Shown: positions 28,483 through 37,946 of the stretch, piece by piece | Layout of the letters: every line of letters starts with the position of its first letter | Numbering within the stretch: position 1 is the stretch's first letter | NCBI GenBank assembly: GCA_964589445.1 | Contig: CAZPQX010000004.1 | Coordinates: 17,632-81,631 of the forward strand | DNA: 64,000 nucleotides | DNA from: an uncultured Candidatus Saccharibacteria bacterium | GTDB taxonomy: Bacteria; Patescibacteriota; Minisyncoccia; Phycocordibacterales; WO2-35-19 | Reading direction: 5' to 3' | Translations under genes and position numbers: made by a program | The notes under the pieces: model-generated | The model's database searches: none | What the model was told of the DNA's origin: nothing | Seen by the model: the letters and a program-made list of their open reading frames with translations, nothing else

Positions 28483-31170
28483 CTACTTAGTAGTACATGA
28501 CCATGTTTCATCTTTAAATACCTGATTTGCTTGTCCAAAGTTACATACCGCTGCAGTTCTAAACCAGTATTTTGTTTTTGGTTTAAGACCCGTGACCTGT
28601 ATGCCGCCTCCTGCCATATCACCATCTTGTTGTGCATACCCCACATTCACACCCCATATCTGGTCTAGCTTCAAGAAACACTCTGAGGCATTGGCGCAAC
28701 CTCCTTTGACTGCTGCTTCACCTTTACCACCGTTATCCTCTGCTACTCTAAGGACCATTCTTGCATTAGGGAAGTTTTTTGGATACCAAGCCGTTGTTAC
28801 AGGAAGTCCGACATCAACCATTGTTGATGTAACATTTGAACAGCTACTATTTCCTGTCCAACCTACTTGAGGCATACCAACTTTTGTAAAGTCTAGGGTA
28901 GCCAGTGCTTGTTCACATGAAGAAGTAAATGTGGGGGCAGCAGGGGGATTTACTTTTGTTCCATAATCTCCGCTCTTGTACTCTGTATTTACTTGTCCAT
29001 TTAGGAATATATTTTTGCTATCTCCAAATATTCCATTGTCTGCTACTACGCGCACAAAGAAGTTTGCTTGTGTTTTTTGTACTGCTTGATCGAGCACACC
29101 TCCAGATAGGCTTCCGTATAATCTACTTCCAGCGTGTACCTGTCCCGGTACTGGTAGGGAAGTCTCTGGAGGTATCGTGAAGTTAAATGTGTTCACACCT
29201 TGTCCACTAGAAATACCTTCAGCAAGAGTTGCCTCCACACCCAGTTCGTTTTCGTGTCCAGGCACTACTCCTCTTGTAAGAAGATATATACTTACATTTC
29301 TTACTCCGCTTGGAGCCTGCCAAGAAACTGTACCAGTCCTATCTGAGGTTGTATTGACACTAACATTTACTATACCCATACACGACTGAGGTACTGTTGT
29401 AAGTGTGGTTGCTGTATTAGGTCTAAATACACCTTTTGTTGCGTCATATGTTACGTCCCAAGCACCAGCTGCTTTTCTAGCCAATTCTGCATTAAAGTAC
29501 CATAGCCACTGATACCAACCTTGAGGTTCTCCATGTGGGGATGAGGCTCCAAAATCATTACCTACAGCTGAACTTGCTTCTCCTACAAATAATTTTTCTC
29601 CGCGCTCTCCTAGGCTACATGATGTTGCTCTACCCCAATATTGCTGGTTTGCACTACAGAAACCGTCTGGGGTGCCATCTCCAACTCCACAGTATTCACC
29701 GACGCTGCATGATGCGTCGTCAAACCCTAGTCTTTTTGCTTGTGATACGAATAGGTCGGCACATTCTTGGGCATATCTTCTCTGGTCAGCCAAGCTTACT
29801 GTGTTTATAACCTTTCCGTCCGGACCTGCGTGGTTGAACCCAGCACCACCCGCTGCATAGTGACACCTTTGCCAAGTTTTCATTTCTTGAGCTAGACTTG
29901 AAGAAACTGTAAATCTTGGTGAAATAGCAGTTCCTGGTGAGAATTTCTGATTTCCTAGTGCCGCAAGACACGAATTAACATTTTCTGATTTTGGAGTTGA
30001 AGCGGGGCATTGATCAAACTGACAACTCTTCAAATTGTTTCTATATGTAAGGCTTCCATCTGGGCATACCTCAGGATAAGGGTCACATGTGCCGTATATT
30101 CCTGTTATCTTACTATTATTTTCACATTCAGAGAATGAACATATTCCTCCTGCAAAAATTTTTCCGTGGGCCGTTGTTCTGTTAGGGCAAACCCTTAGAG
30201 TGTCAGTAGGACAAACGTTATTAGGAGGATTTACAATAGTTACAGTCATGGTCTTGGCATTTGTTAAGGAGTTTGCTTGGGCTACAGTAGGACATTGTTC
30301 ATTTGAACATACTGCTGTACCCGTGTTAGTACAGATTACGAAATTTTTACATTGAGAATCTGAAGTATAAACTTTTGCGGTTACTACCTGGGTACCTGTT
30401 GGATACCCTGCGTAAGGATCTTGTGGAACTGGGCGAGTTATTATTGTTAGTGGCCCTGTTGCTGTGTTGGTCGAGCTTCCTGTTGTTGTAGTGCCGGTTG
30501 TACCTATAGGAATGTTTGCTACTGTTGTATTTCCACCAAGTTTTGCCAAGAGAGATTGTACTATTGCAAGGAGTTGGTTTATTTGAGCCTGGAGGCCTGC
30601 GATCGTTTGGTCTCCAGATGTGGTTGTTGTGGTGGTCGTAGTATCTGCTGTAACTGAAGTACCTCCTCTTGAGATTGGTATTTCCGAAACTGACATAACT
30701 CTGCCACTTTCGTTCCTAGTATTGAAATATACGCTTCTTATTATTGCACATTCTGGGTCGCTGCTACCAAGACTTTCATTACATAGACTGCTTGGTCCAG
30801 CGAAATATTTAACTACATACCTTGTCGCCGGATCGAGTTTTACTGCTAGTGGATTTGATGATGTGCGTTCTCTTCCAGCGGGGTCTACGTCTACTACATA
30901 GGAGTATTCATTTGTAGCAGGGGCTACAACGAACCTACCTTCAGAGTCCCGAGTTCTTTTCCATGTGAAATTGTATGTCCACTTGCCTCCACTAAACTCG
31001 ATTGCTTGTGTTTGGAGAAGGAAATTTACATCCCCAGAGTCTGTTAGTGTTGCTACTGGGTATGATGTGCTTTGAGCGAAAGCGCCCATCTTTGATCCAA
31101 GAAACACAGCAGACAAAATCAGTATCACGGCCGCTGGCAGGGTAGCTGAAATTATTTTTTTATTTAACAT
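28483..31170 (-). CDS. large secreted Cys-rich surface protein
   Basis: Signal peptide, Thr-rich linkers, CPDGS-type Cys repeats, C-terminal FN3-like GLKPKTKYWFR. Confidence 0.75.
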   Translation of the reverse strand: MLNKKIISATLPAAVILILSAVFLGSKMGAFAQSTSYPVATLTDSGDVNFLLQTQAIEFSGGKWTYNFTWKRTRDSEGRFVVAPATNEYSYVVDVDPAGRERTSSNPLAVKLDPATRYVVKYFAGPSSLCNESLGSSDPECAIIRSVYFNTRNESGRVMSVSEIPISRGGTSVTADTTTTTTTTSGDQTIAGLQAQINQLLAIVQSLLAKLGGNTTVANIPIGTTGTTTTGSSTNTATGPLTIITRPVPQDPYAGYPTGTQVVTAKVYTSDSQCKNFVICTNTGTAVCSNEQCPTVAQANSLTNAKTMTVTIVNPPNNVCPTDTLRVCPNRTTAHGKIFAGGICSFSECENNSKITGIYGTCDPYPEVCPDGSLTYRNNLKSCQFDQCPASTPKSENVNSCLAALGNQKFSPGTAISPRFTVSSSLAQEMKTWQRCHYAAGGAGFNHAGPDGKVINTVSLADQRRYAQECADLFVSQAKRLGFDDASCSVGEYCGVGDGTPDGFCSANQQYWGRATSCSLGERGEKLFVGEASSAVGNDFGASSPHGEPQGWYQWLWYFNAELARKAAGAWDVTYDATKGVFRPNTATTLTTVPQSCMGIVNVSVNTTSDRTGTVSWQAPSGVRNVSIYLLTRGVVPGHENELGVEATLAEGISSGQGVNTFNFTIPPETSLPVPGQVHAGSRLYGSLSGGVLDQAVQKTQANFFVRVVADNGIFGDSKNIFLNGQVNTEYKSGDYGTKVNPPAAPTFTSSCEQALATLDFTKVGMPQVGWTGNSSCSNVTSTMVDVGLPVTTAWYPKNFPNARMVLRVAEDNGGKGEAAVKGGCANASECFLKLDQIWGVNVGYAQQDGDMAGGGIQVTGLKPKTKYWFRTAAVCNFGQANQVFKDETWSCTTK

Positions 31171-31310
31171 AAACCTTATTTTTAATTTAATCCACAATTA
31201 ATAAAATTCTCTTTTTTCAGAGATTGATAACTAATAAAATTATCGCAATTTGGTACCTTTGTGTCTATCGCGTGTGTGTATAAGTTGATATAATTTTTTA
31301 AAACAAAACA

Positions 31311-34001
31311 ATGTTCCCACACACAAAAACAATACCCGAGGTGATGACAATCTTAGACTCTAGTGAGGGTGGTTTAACCGAGACCCAGGTATCTGAAAGG
31401 TTTTTAAAATATGGGCACAACAAACTCCCCGAAGAGAAAAAAGAAACTATCCTAAGTATTTTTTTAAGGCAATTTCAAAGTCCTCTCATATATCTCCTTC
31501 TCCTGGCTGCTATTACGGTTTTTATTATGGGTGATGTGACAGAGGCACTTATAATATTTGTTGTTCTTTTTATAAATGCACTTATTGGGATGGTGCAAGA
31601 AGGTAGGGTGCAGAATACACTCTCTGCTCTTAAGAAGTTTTCCGAGACATCTGCCACTGTCTTGCGTAATGGTCGCGAAGTAATTGTTAAAGATTACGAA
31701 ATAGTTCCAGGTGACATCATAATCCTTCAAGAGGGAGAAAAGGTGCCTTCTGATGCCAGGATTATTTTTGAGAACTCTCTTAAGGTGGACGAAGCAAGTC
31801 TTACAGGTGAGTCTATGCCTGTTATTAAGACATCCAAAGAGATGGAAGATAAAAATACTCCCATATCAGATCAAAAGAATATGGTTTTTAAGGGCACCAA
31901 TATATTAAGCGGTAATGCGACAGCTGTTGTCGTGTCTACTGGTATAAATACAGAGATAGGTAAGATAGCCCAAAAAATATCATCAATCGATACAGAAATC
32001 CCTCTCAAAAAAAATATAAAATATTTATCTCAGCTTGTCATAGCGGTTGTAGTTTCGATTAGTGTCATTTTGTTTATCGTTGGAATTTTTGTAGGTAAAG
32101 ATCCTAAAGAAATATTTAGAGTAGTTGTAGCTCTTTCAGTCTCTGTAATTCCAGAAGGTTTACCAATCGTAATGACTCTTATTTTGGCGACAGGCGTAAG
32201 GCGAATGTCAAAGAGTAATGTTTTAGTGAAGAGGTTACAGGCCGTAGAGGCCTTAGGTCAGACAAAGGTCATTGCAGTGGATAAAACAGGTACTCTTACT
32301 AGAAATGAAATGGTTGTCCAAAAAGTTTTTGTTGGAGGGAAACTTTTTGAAGTTGATGGAAAAGGTTATGAGCCAAATGGCGATATTGTTTTTGGAGGCA
32401 ATATAATAGAGCCCCTTAGTCACGCAGATATTTTACTAAGTGGTAAGGTTGCCGCCTTTTGTGCAAACGCAAAAATTTCTTTCCTTGAAGAGGAGAAACT
32501 TTGGAGGGTCACTGGGGATCCAACAGAGGCTGCCATGTTGGTGTTCTCAAAAAAAGTGGGATTTTCTAAAGAAACAATCGAGAACGAATTCCCTAAAGTA
32601 CTAGAAATTCCTTTTAACTATAAAAATAAATATCATGCCGTAGTCAGGAAGTTTCAAGAGGGTAATTTTTTAAGTGTAGTCGGTGCCCCAGAGAGTGTAC
32701 TTGGTAAATGTTCAAGAATTTTTGAAAATGGAAAATATCAAAAGCTTACTGAGCAAAAAATAAAAGAGATAGAACAAACGTTTTTTGATTTGGCTAGACA
32801 AGGGCTTCGTGTCATAGCTTTTGCTGTAAATGAAAATTTAAAAAAAATAGAAGACGCAGGTACGGATCATTTGCCGGAGCTTGCCTTCGCAGGCTTTTTT
32901 GGGATGAAAGATGCGCTTAGGTTTGAAGTCAAAGATTCGGTTGAAAAGGTGAGGAAGGCTGGGATGAGAGTGGTCATGATAACTGGGGATCATGTGCTAA
33001 CTGCAGAGGCCATAGGCAAGGAAGCTGGTATTTGGAGACATGGAGACATCATCATTACAGGAGAGGAGATAGAGTCTTTAAGTGATGATTTACTTATAAA
33101 AAAACTTCCAAAGACAACTATATTTGCGAGAGTCACTCCTGAACATAAATTTAGGATAATCGAAGCATTTAAAAAAACAGGTGAAGTGGTAGCCATGACC
33201 GGGGATGGTGTAAACGATGCGCCGTCTCTCGTTGCTGCAGACTTAGGGGTTGCGATGGGTAAGATAGGTACTGAAGTCGCAAAAGAGGCTTCTGACATTG
33301 TTTTACTCGATGACAATTTTGAAGGTATTGTGAGCGCTGCTGAGGAGGGAAGGTCTATTTATAAAACAATAAAGAAAGTAATTTTGTATCTTTTCTCAAC
33401 TAGCGCAGCTGAAATAGTAGTTATAGTCGTCGCGGTGTTCTCAGGTTTTCCTTTGTTGTTTCTGGCTACTCAAATAATATGGTTAAACTTTGTGACGGAT
33501 GGATTTCTTGTGCTCGCTCTATCTATGGAATCAAAAGAAAAAGGCCTTATAAACAACACTTTTGAAAAACCTAAAAAATGGATAATAGATGGACTGATGG
33601 CAGAAAGGATGTTACTTATGGCAATAGTGATGGCACTCGGCACTCTCTATTTGTTTAAAATTTCCTTACCTCAAAATTTTGGAGAAGCGGATCTTTTAAA
33701 ATCCCAAAGTATAGCCCTGACTGCCTTAGCTGTATTTCAATGGTTTAATGCTTGGAACTGTAGATCTGAAAAGAAGTCTGTTTTTACTAAAAATCCTTTT
33801 TCAAATATTCATCTTGTATTTGCAACACTTATCGTTATTATGCTACAAATACTCGCTCTAAATACTAGTTTTTTACAAAAGATATTGCATACGGTGCCAC
33901 TTTCTTTTGGTGATTGGCAGATGGTATTAATCGTTTCTATTTCAATAATAGTAGTCGAAGAAATAAGGAAGGGTGTTTATAATTTAATGTATTCAAAATG
34001 A
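31311..34001 (+). CDS. cation-transporting P-type ATPase (Ca2+-type, P2A-like)
   Basis: TGES, IPEGLP, DKTGTLT, MITGD, GDGVND. Confidence 0.95.
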   Translation: MFPHTKTIPEVMTILDSSEGGLTETQVSERFLKYGHNKLPEEKKETILSIFLRQFQSPLIYLLLLAAITVFIMGDVTEALIIFVVLFINALIGMVQEGRVQNTLSALKKFSETSATVLRNGREVIVKDYEIVPGDIIILQEGEKVPSDARIIFENSLKVDEASLTGESMPVIKTSKEMEDKNTPISDQKNMVFKGTNILSGNATAVVVSTGINTEIGKIAQKISSIDTEIPLKKNIKYLSQLVIAVVVSISVILFIVGIFVGKDPKEIFRVVVALSVSVIPEGLPIVMTLILATGVRRMSKSNVLVKRLQAVEALGQTKVIAVDKTGTLTRNEMVVQKVFVGGKLFEVDGKGYEPNGDIVFGGNIIEPLSHADILLSGKVAAFCANAKISFLEEEKLWRVTGDPTEAAMLVFSKKVGFSKETIENEFPKVLEIPFNYKNKYHAVVRKFQEGNFLSVVGAPESVLGKCSRIFENGKYQKLTEQKIKEIEQTFFDLARQGLRVIAFAVNENLKKIEDAGTDHLPELAFAGFFGMKDALRFEVKDSVEKVRKAGMRVVMITGDHVLTAEAIGKEAGIWRHGDIIITGEEIESLSDDLLIKKLPKTTIFARVTPEHKFRIIEAFKKTGEVVAMTGDGVNDAPSLVAADLGVAMGKIGTEVAKEASDIVLLDDNFEGIVSAAEEGRSIYKTIKKVILYLFSTSAAEIVVIVVAVFSGFPLLFLATQIIWLNFVTDGFLVLALSMESKEKGLINNTFEKPKKWIIDGLMAERMLLMAIVMALGTLYLFKISLPQNFGEADLLKSQSIALTALAVFQWFNAWNCRSEKKSVFTKNPFSNIHLVFATLIVIMLQILALNTSFLQKILHTVPLSFGDWQMVLIVSISIIVVEEIRKGVYNLMYSK

Positions 34002-34378
34002 GATATTTAGGTGTTGATTTCGGAGCAAAAAGAGTAGGCCTTTCTCTTTCTGATGAAAATTTATCTTTTGCATTACCGCACTCTGTTTTAGATAATGATA
34101 AAAAGATAATTGGAAAAATTAAAAAAATTATTTCTGAAAATAATGTAGGGATGGTTATTTTGGGTGAATCTCTTGATTATGCAGGTAAACCAAACAAGAT
34201 AATGGAGAAGATAGAAGAGTTTAAAAAAAACTTACAAGAAGAAACTAAAATTAGTATAATATTTGAACCAGAATTCATGACATCATCCCAAGCAAAACTT
34301 TTGCAGGGTGAAAATAAAATGCATGATGCATCCGCAGCAAGTTTGATACTCCAAAGTTATTTAAATAAATTAAAATAA
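33998..34378 (+). CDS. ruvX: YqgF/RuvX family nuclease
   Basis: YLGVDFGAKRVGLSLSD, E.MTS, DASAASLILQSYL. Confidence 0.9.
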   Translation: MRYLGVDFGAKRVGLSLSDENLSFALPHSVLDNDKKIIGKIKKIISENNVGMVILGESLDYAGKPNKIMEKIEEFKKNLQEETKISIIFEPEFMTSSQAKLLQGENKMHDASAASLILQSYLNKLK

Positions 34379-34408
34379 TTTTATTTGTGATATAATTTTT
34401 TATGAATT

Positions 34409-35371
34409 ATGAATCTTGTTTTTATATCTAAATATTTTCCTACTCCAGAATTTATAAACCCTAGACACATAGGAGTTTCCTTTTCTGATTCAAATATCAA
34501 AGCCATATATTTCCATTCTGAAAGTAATAACTCCGAAATAAAAAGTGTGGTAATACCACTTGAAAAAGGTATCATATCAGAGGGTAAAATCCTCGATGAA
34601 AAGCGTTTGATACCAAAGATTTCTGCACTCAAAGAAGTTTTTGATTCTAGGTTTATATTCTTTACTCTACCAGACGAACTTACTTTTGTATTCAATGTTT
34701 CTGTGCCTGTAAATAAAAAAGATGATGTGACTGAAAGCGTTTCTTTTATGATTGAAGAAAATGTACCTTTTAAACTTTCAGAAACTATTTTTGATTTTGT
34801 GCCTACGGATTTAACAAGTATTCCCGGAGGCTATCAATCTAGAGTGGTTGTTGTTGCTTCTGAAAAAACAGAAACAGAAAAATTTGTAAAGTGTGTAAGA
34901 CTGGCGGGTTTTGATTCCCTTGGTTGTATCCATGAGTCCCAGGCAATAGCAAACGCTCTATTGTCTCCCAAGTTGGGAGGGATGGTTTCTATAGTGCACG
35001 CAAGACAGGAAAGGGTGGGTATATATCTGGTCAAGGACAAAGTAGTTTACTTTTCTACAATTAGAAATTTAGAGGGAGGGGACTACAAAACACAGTTTCT
35101 AGACGAATATATGAAATTTTTAGAATATTCTATTCGTTATGGCAAAACTAAGGAACAGGTCATATCATCCACCTTTGTGTGTGGGGAGTTTGAATATGCT
35201 AAAAAATCAGTAGAGGCTTTGTCGGGCATTAAAGAAAATGTGGGCAATGTCAAACTTTCAAATGTTTGGACCAATGTTTTAGAAATAGAAAAAACAACAC
35301 CGTCGATAAGTTATGAGGAGTCTTTAAATTTCGCAGGACCTATTGGTGCTGTTATATCTGATTTAACATAA
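34409..35371 (+). CDS. PilM-like type IV pilus assembly protein
   Basis: GVSFSDSNIK, LEKGII.EG, EENVPF, ESQAIANA actin-like pattern. Confidence 0.7.
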   Translation: MNLVFISKYFPTPEFINPRHIGVSFSDSNIKAIYFHSESNNSEIKSVVIPLEKGIISEGKILDEKRLIPKISALKEVFDSRFIFFTLPDELTFVFNVSVPVNKKDDVTESVSFMIEENVPFKLSETIFDFVPTDLTSIPGGYQSRVVVVASEKTETEKFVKCVRLAGFDSLGCIHESQAIANALLSPKLGGMVSIVHARQERVGIYLVKDKVVYFSTIRNLEGGDYKTQFLDEYMKFLEYSIRYGKTKEQVISSTFVCGEFEYAKKSVEALSGIKENVGNVKLSNVWTNVLEIEKTTPSISYEESLNFAGPIGAVISDLT

Positions 35372-35938
35372 ATGAATCTTTTACCAAGTGAAGAAAAAGA
35401 AATATTAAAGAAAGGTTTTAGAATCAGGGTTTTTATTCTGCTCAATATTTTTCTGACTATATTTTTTATTGCGGCTTCTATATTTTTGATACCATCATAT
35501 TTTTTAGCGAGAGAACAGCTTTCGGTCATTTATTCCTTAAATACCTCTATAAAACCTGAAGATGAAGAATCAATAAGTAAAACGCTTCTTGTGCCTGCAG
35601 AGCTTGAAAATAAAATTAAATTCTTCGAGACGAACTTGAGGAATAAAAAAACATTTGAAGCAATATCAGAGGTTGTTTCCTTAAAAAATTCGGGTATAAA
35701 AATTGGCTCGATCTTCTTTAGTAAGATACCAGAAGGTCCAGAGGCAAAAGTATCGATTTTGATTTCAGGTAGGGCAGAAAGGAGGGACTCTCTTATAAAT
35801 TTTCAGACAGCCCTTAGAGAGTCTCAAAAGTTTCAATCTGTGGATGTGCCAGTCTCTAGTCTTGCTAAGGATAAGGACTTACCGTTTTCGATAGATTTAA
35901 TAATCTCAAGAGAGAAAAATGAAAAATTGGATTCCTAA
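35372..35938 (+). CDS. PilN-like protein
   Basis: N-terminal MNLLP PilM-binding motif, TM helix, ISGRA...F..V. Confidence 0.75.
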   Translation: MNLLPSEEKEILKKGFRIRVFILLNIFLTIFFIAASIFLIPSYFLAREQLSVIYSLNTSIKPEDEESISKTLLVPAELENKIKFFETNLRNKKTFEAISEVVSLKNSGIKIGSIFFSKIPEGPEAKVSILISGRAERRDSLINFQTALRESQKFQSVDVPVSSLAKDKDLPFSIDLIISREKNEKLDS

Positions 35939-36446
35939 AAAAAGTTTGGTAATAGTTTCCTCTGCATTTTCTGTGGGATTCTTTCTTATTTATCTCATTT
36001 CTTCAATTTATGTTTTTTGGCAGATAGATAAGATTGAAAGTTATTATTCTGATACAGAGTCAAGATCTGGGAGGGAGGAGAGGGCAATGGCCATAAGGTT
36101 ATTTTCTGAGAATAATAAAGAACAGATAAATACTATTCGCAGTTTTTTTATAAAAGAAGGTGAAGAAGCTAATTTTATAGAGAATATAGAGCTTGCAGCA
36201 ACTAAATCAGGAGTCAAATTTGATATAGCAGAAATAAATATACAGAATAGTGAAAATCAAAACTTCAAAGAAAATGTTGAAGTTAATATGAAGGTTGAAG
36301 GTGATTGGGGTTCGATCATGTCATTTATTGATTCTTTGGAAAAAATGCCTTTTGGTACTTACGTTTATGATGTCGGTTTAGATAAGGGAAATAGTGTTTG
36401 GTCAGGCACTATTAATTTTTTAGTATTTAGAGAAAAGAATATATGA
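35919..36446 (+). CDS. PilO-like protein
   Basis: TM helix, V.G.W..IM.FIDSLEKMP pattern; follows the pilN-like gene. Confidence 0.65.
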   Translation: MKNWIPKKSLVIVSSAFSVGFFLIYLISSIYVFWQIDKIESYYSDTESRSGREERAMAIRLFSENNKEQINTIRSFFIKEGEEANFIENIELAATKSGVKFDIAEINIQNSENQNFKENVEVNMKVEGDWGSIMSFIDSLEKMPFGTYVYDVGLDKGNSVWSGTINFLVFREKNI

Positions 36447-36748
36447 ACCTTTCCTTTTTGAAATTCAATAGAAATGCGATGCCTGAAAATTCTTCTTTGC
36501 GACCGCTAATTTTCAACGTAAATCTTTATTGGTTTTTGATACTACTCGCTTCTTTATTTATTTTTATATTTGGAGCTGCTCTTGGATTCAAACTTTTTTC
36601 AACTTTGTATCTTGAGAGTTATAAAAAAGATACTTCTAATTTAAGTGCTAATGACCTTTTAGATCTTAAAAGACTTGAAAGAAATATAGAAAATAGGAAT
36701 AAATTTATTCTTTCCCCAAGAGAAATTCCAACTGACCCGTCGATATAA
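36443..36748 (+). CDS. hypothetical single-TM protein at the end of the pil cluster
   Basis: ATGA overlap with the previous gene; one TM helix. Confidence 0.65.
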   Translation: MNLSFLKFNRNAMPENSSLRPLIFNVNLYWFLILLASLFIFIFGAALGFKLFSTLYLESYKKDTSNLSANDLLDLKRLERNIENRNKFILSPREIPTDPSI

Positions 36749-36761
36749 AATTATTTTAGTG

Positions 36762-36915
36762 TGTGCTTACGCCAGGAATCGCCTCTCGCTACGGTCGAGA
36801 TGCACCATTTTTATAGTCGCTAACACTCCTTAAAAATGGGCACCTTTGGTTCGATTCCTGCCGAGGCTATCTGATATGAAAAATGTCGAGTAAAAATACT
36901 CGACATTTTTCATAT
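36762..36915. mobile_element. small structured element at the 3' end of tRNA-Arg
   Basis: Direct (36762-36781) and inverted (36848-36860) copies of the tRNA 3' end, internal hairpins and a perfect 19-bp hairpin at 36874-36915. Confidence 0.6.
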
Positions 36916-36917
36916 TG

Positions 36918-36989
36918 TGCTCCCGCCAGGAATCGAACCTAGAATAAGGAATTAGAAGTTCCTCGTTATATCCATTTAACTACGGGAGC
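36918..36989 (-). tRNA. tRNA-Arg (TCT)
   Basis: GCTCCCG/CGGGAGC acceptor, AGGAA-CTTCTAA-TTCCT anticodon arm, GGTTCGATTCC. Confidence 0.93.
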
Positions 36990-37040
36990 GTTTCTTCGTG
37001 CTTGCACCGCGAAGAACTTAAACCTGGGTGAACATCGAAG

Positions 37041-37116
37041 TGGTGCGCGCTGAGGGACTTGAACCCCCGACCTTCCCAGTGTAAATGGGTTGCTCTACCA
37101 ACTGAGCTAAGCGCGC
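37041..37116 (-). tRNA. tRNA-Val (TAC)
   Basis: GCGCGCT/AGCGCGC acceptor, loop TTTACAC, GGTTCAAGTCC, encoded CCA. Confidence 0.95.
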
Positions 37117-37166
37117 GATTTCACGAACCAATATACCATAACATACTTTTATGTCATAGTATACTT

Positions 37167-37934
37167 ATGGAAATTAAAATATTATATGAAGACGAATCTG
37201 TCTTGGCAGTTAACAAGCCATCTGGTCTTTTAGTTCACCCCGATGGTCGGGCTAGTGATTACACCCTGACTCATTGGATAGGCGAAAAATACCCGGAGCT
37301 TGCTGATGTGGGCGAGCTACAGGTGTTACATTCTGGGGGTGTGATAAAACGTCCAGGCATAGTACATAGACTTGATAGAGACACGAGCGGAGTCATTTTG
37401 ATTGCTAAAACAAAAGAATCTCACCAGTTTTTGAAGGAGCAGTTTCAATCTCATAATGTTGAAAAAATATATAACACAGTTGTGTATGGAAAATTTGGCG
37501 AAGATAAACTAGAGGGAATAATTGATCTCGGTATTGGTAGAAGTGCTCATGACTTTAGGAAGTGGATAGCTAATGATGGTAAGGCTTCTGTACAGGGAGA
37601 TGTGAGAGAAGCGCTAACTCAATATAAGGTATTAGCCCAGGGAGAAGTAGAAGGGGCAAATTTTGCCTATGTTGAAGTTAGACCTAAAACTGGCAGGACT
37701 CACCAAATCAGGGTGCATATGAAAGCCGTGGGGCATATTGTGGTTTGTGACAAAGTGTATGCGCCAAAAATGATTTGTGATGGTTCACTTGGTTGCCTTG
37801 GATTTAATAGGTTAGCTCTCCACGCTCTTTCAATTAGTCTTATGCTTCCAAACCATACAATTATAAAGATAGAGTCCGAATTACCACAGGAATTCGAAAA
37901 CGCCAAAAACCTTTTGAAAAATAAAGAAAACTGA
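37167..37934 (+). CDS. RluA/RluD family pseudouridine synthase
   Basis: NKPSGLLVH, HRLDRDTSG, TGRTHQIRVH; start moved to ATG 37167 to avoid tRNA-Val. Confidence 0.94.
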   Translation: MEIKILYEDESVLAVNKPSGLLVHPDGRASDYTLTHWIGEKYPELADVGELQVLHSGGVIKRPGIVHRLDRDTSGVILIAKTKESHQFLKEQFQSHNVEKIYNTVVYGKFGEDKLEGIIDLGIGRSAHDFRKWIANDGKASVQGDVREALTQYKVLAQGEVEGANFAYVEVRPKTGRTHQIRVHMKAVGHIVVCDKVYAPKMICDGSLGCLGFNRLALHALSISLMLPNHTIIKIESELPQEFENAKNLLKNKEN

Positions 37935-37946
37935 TAATATGGGTTT

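Noticed and set aside
37059-37166. N-terminal extension of the RluA ORF
   Set aside because: Overlaps tRNA-Val on the other strand; the likely start is 37167.
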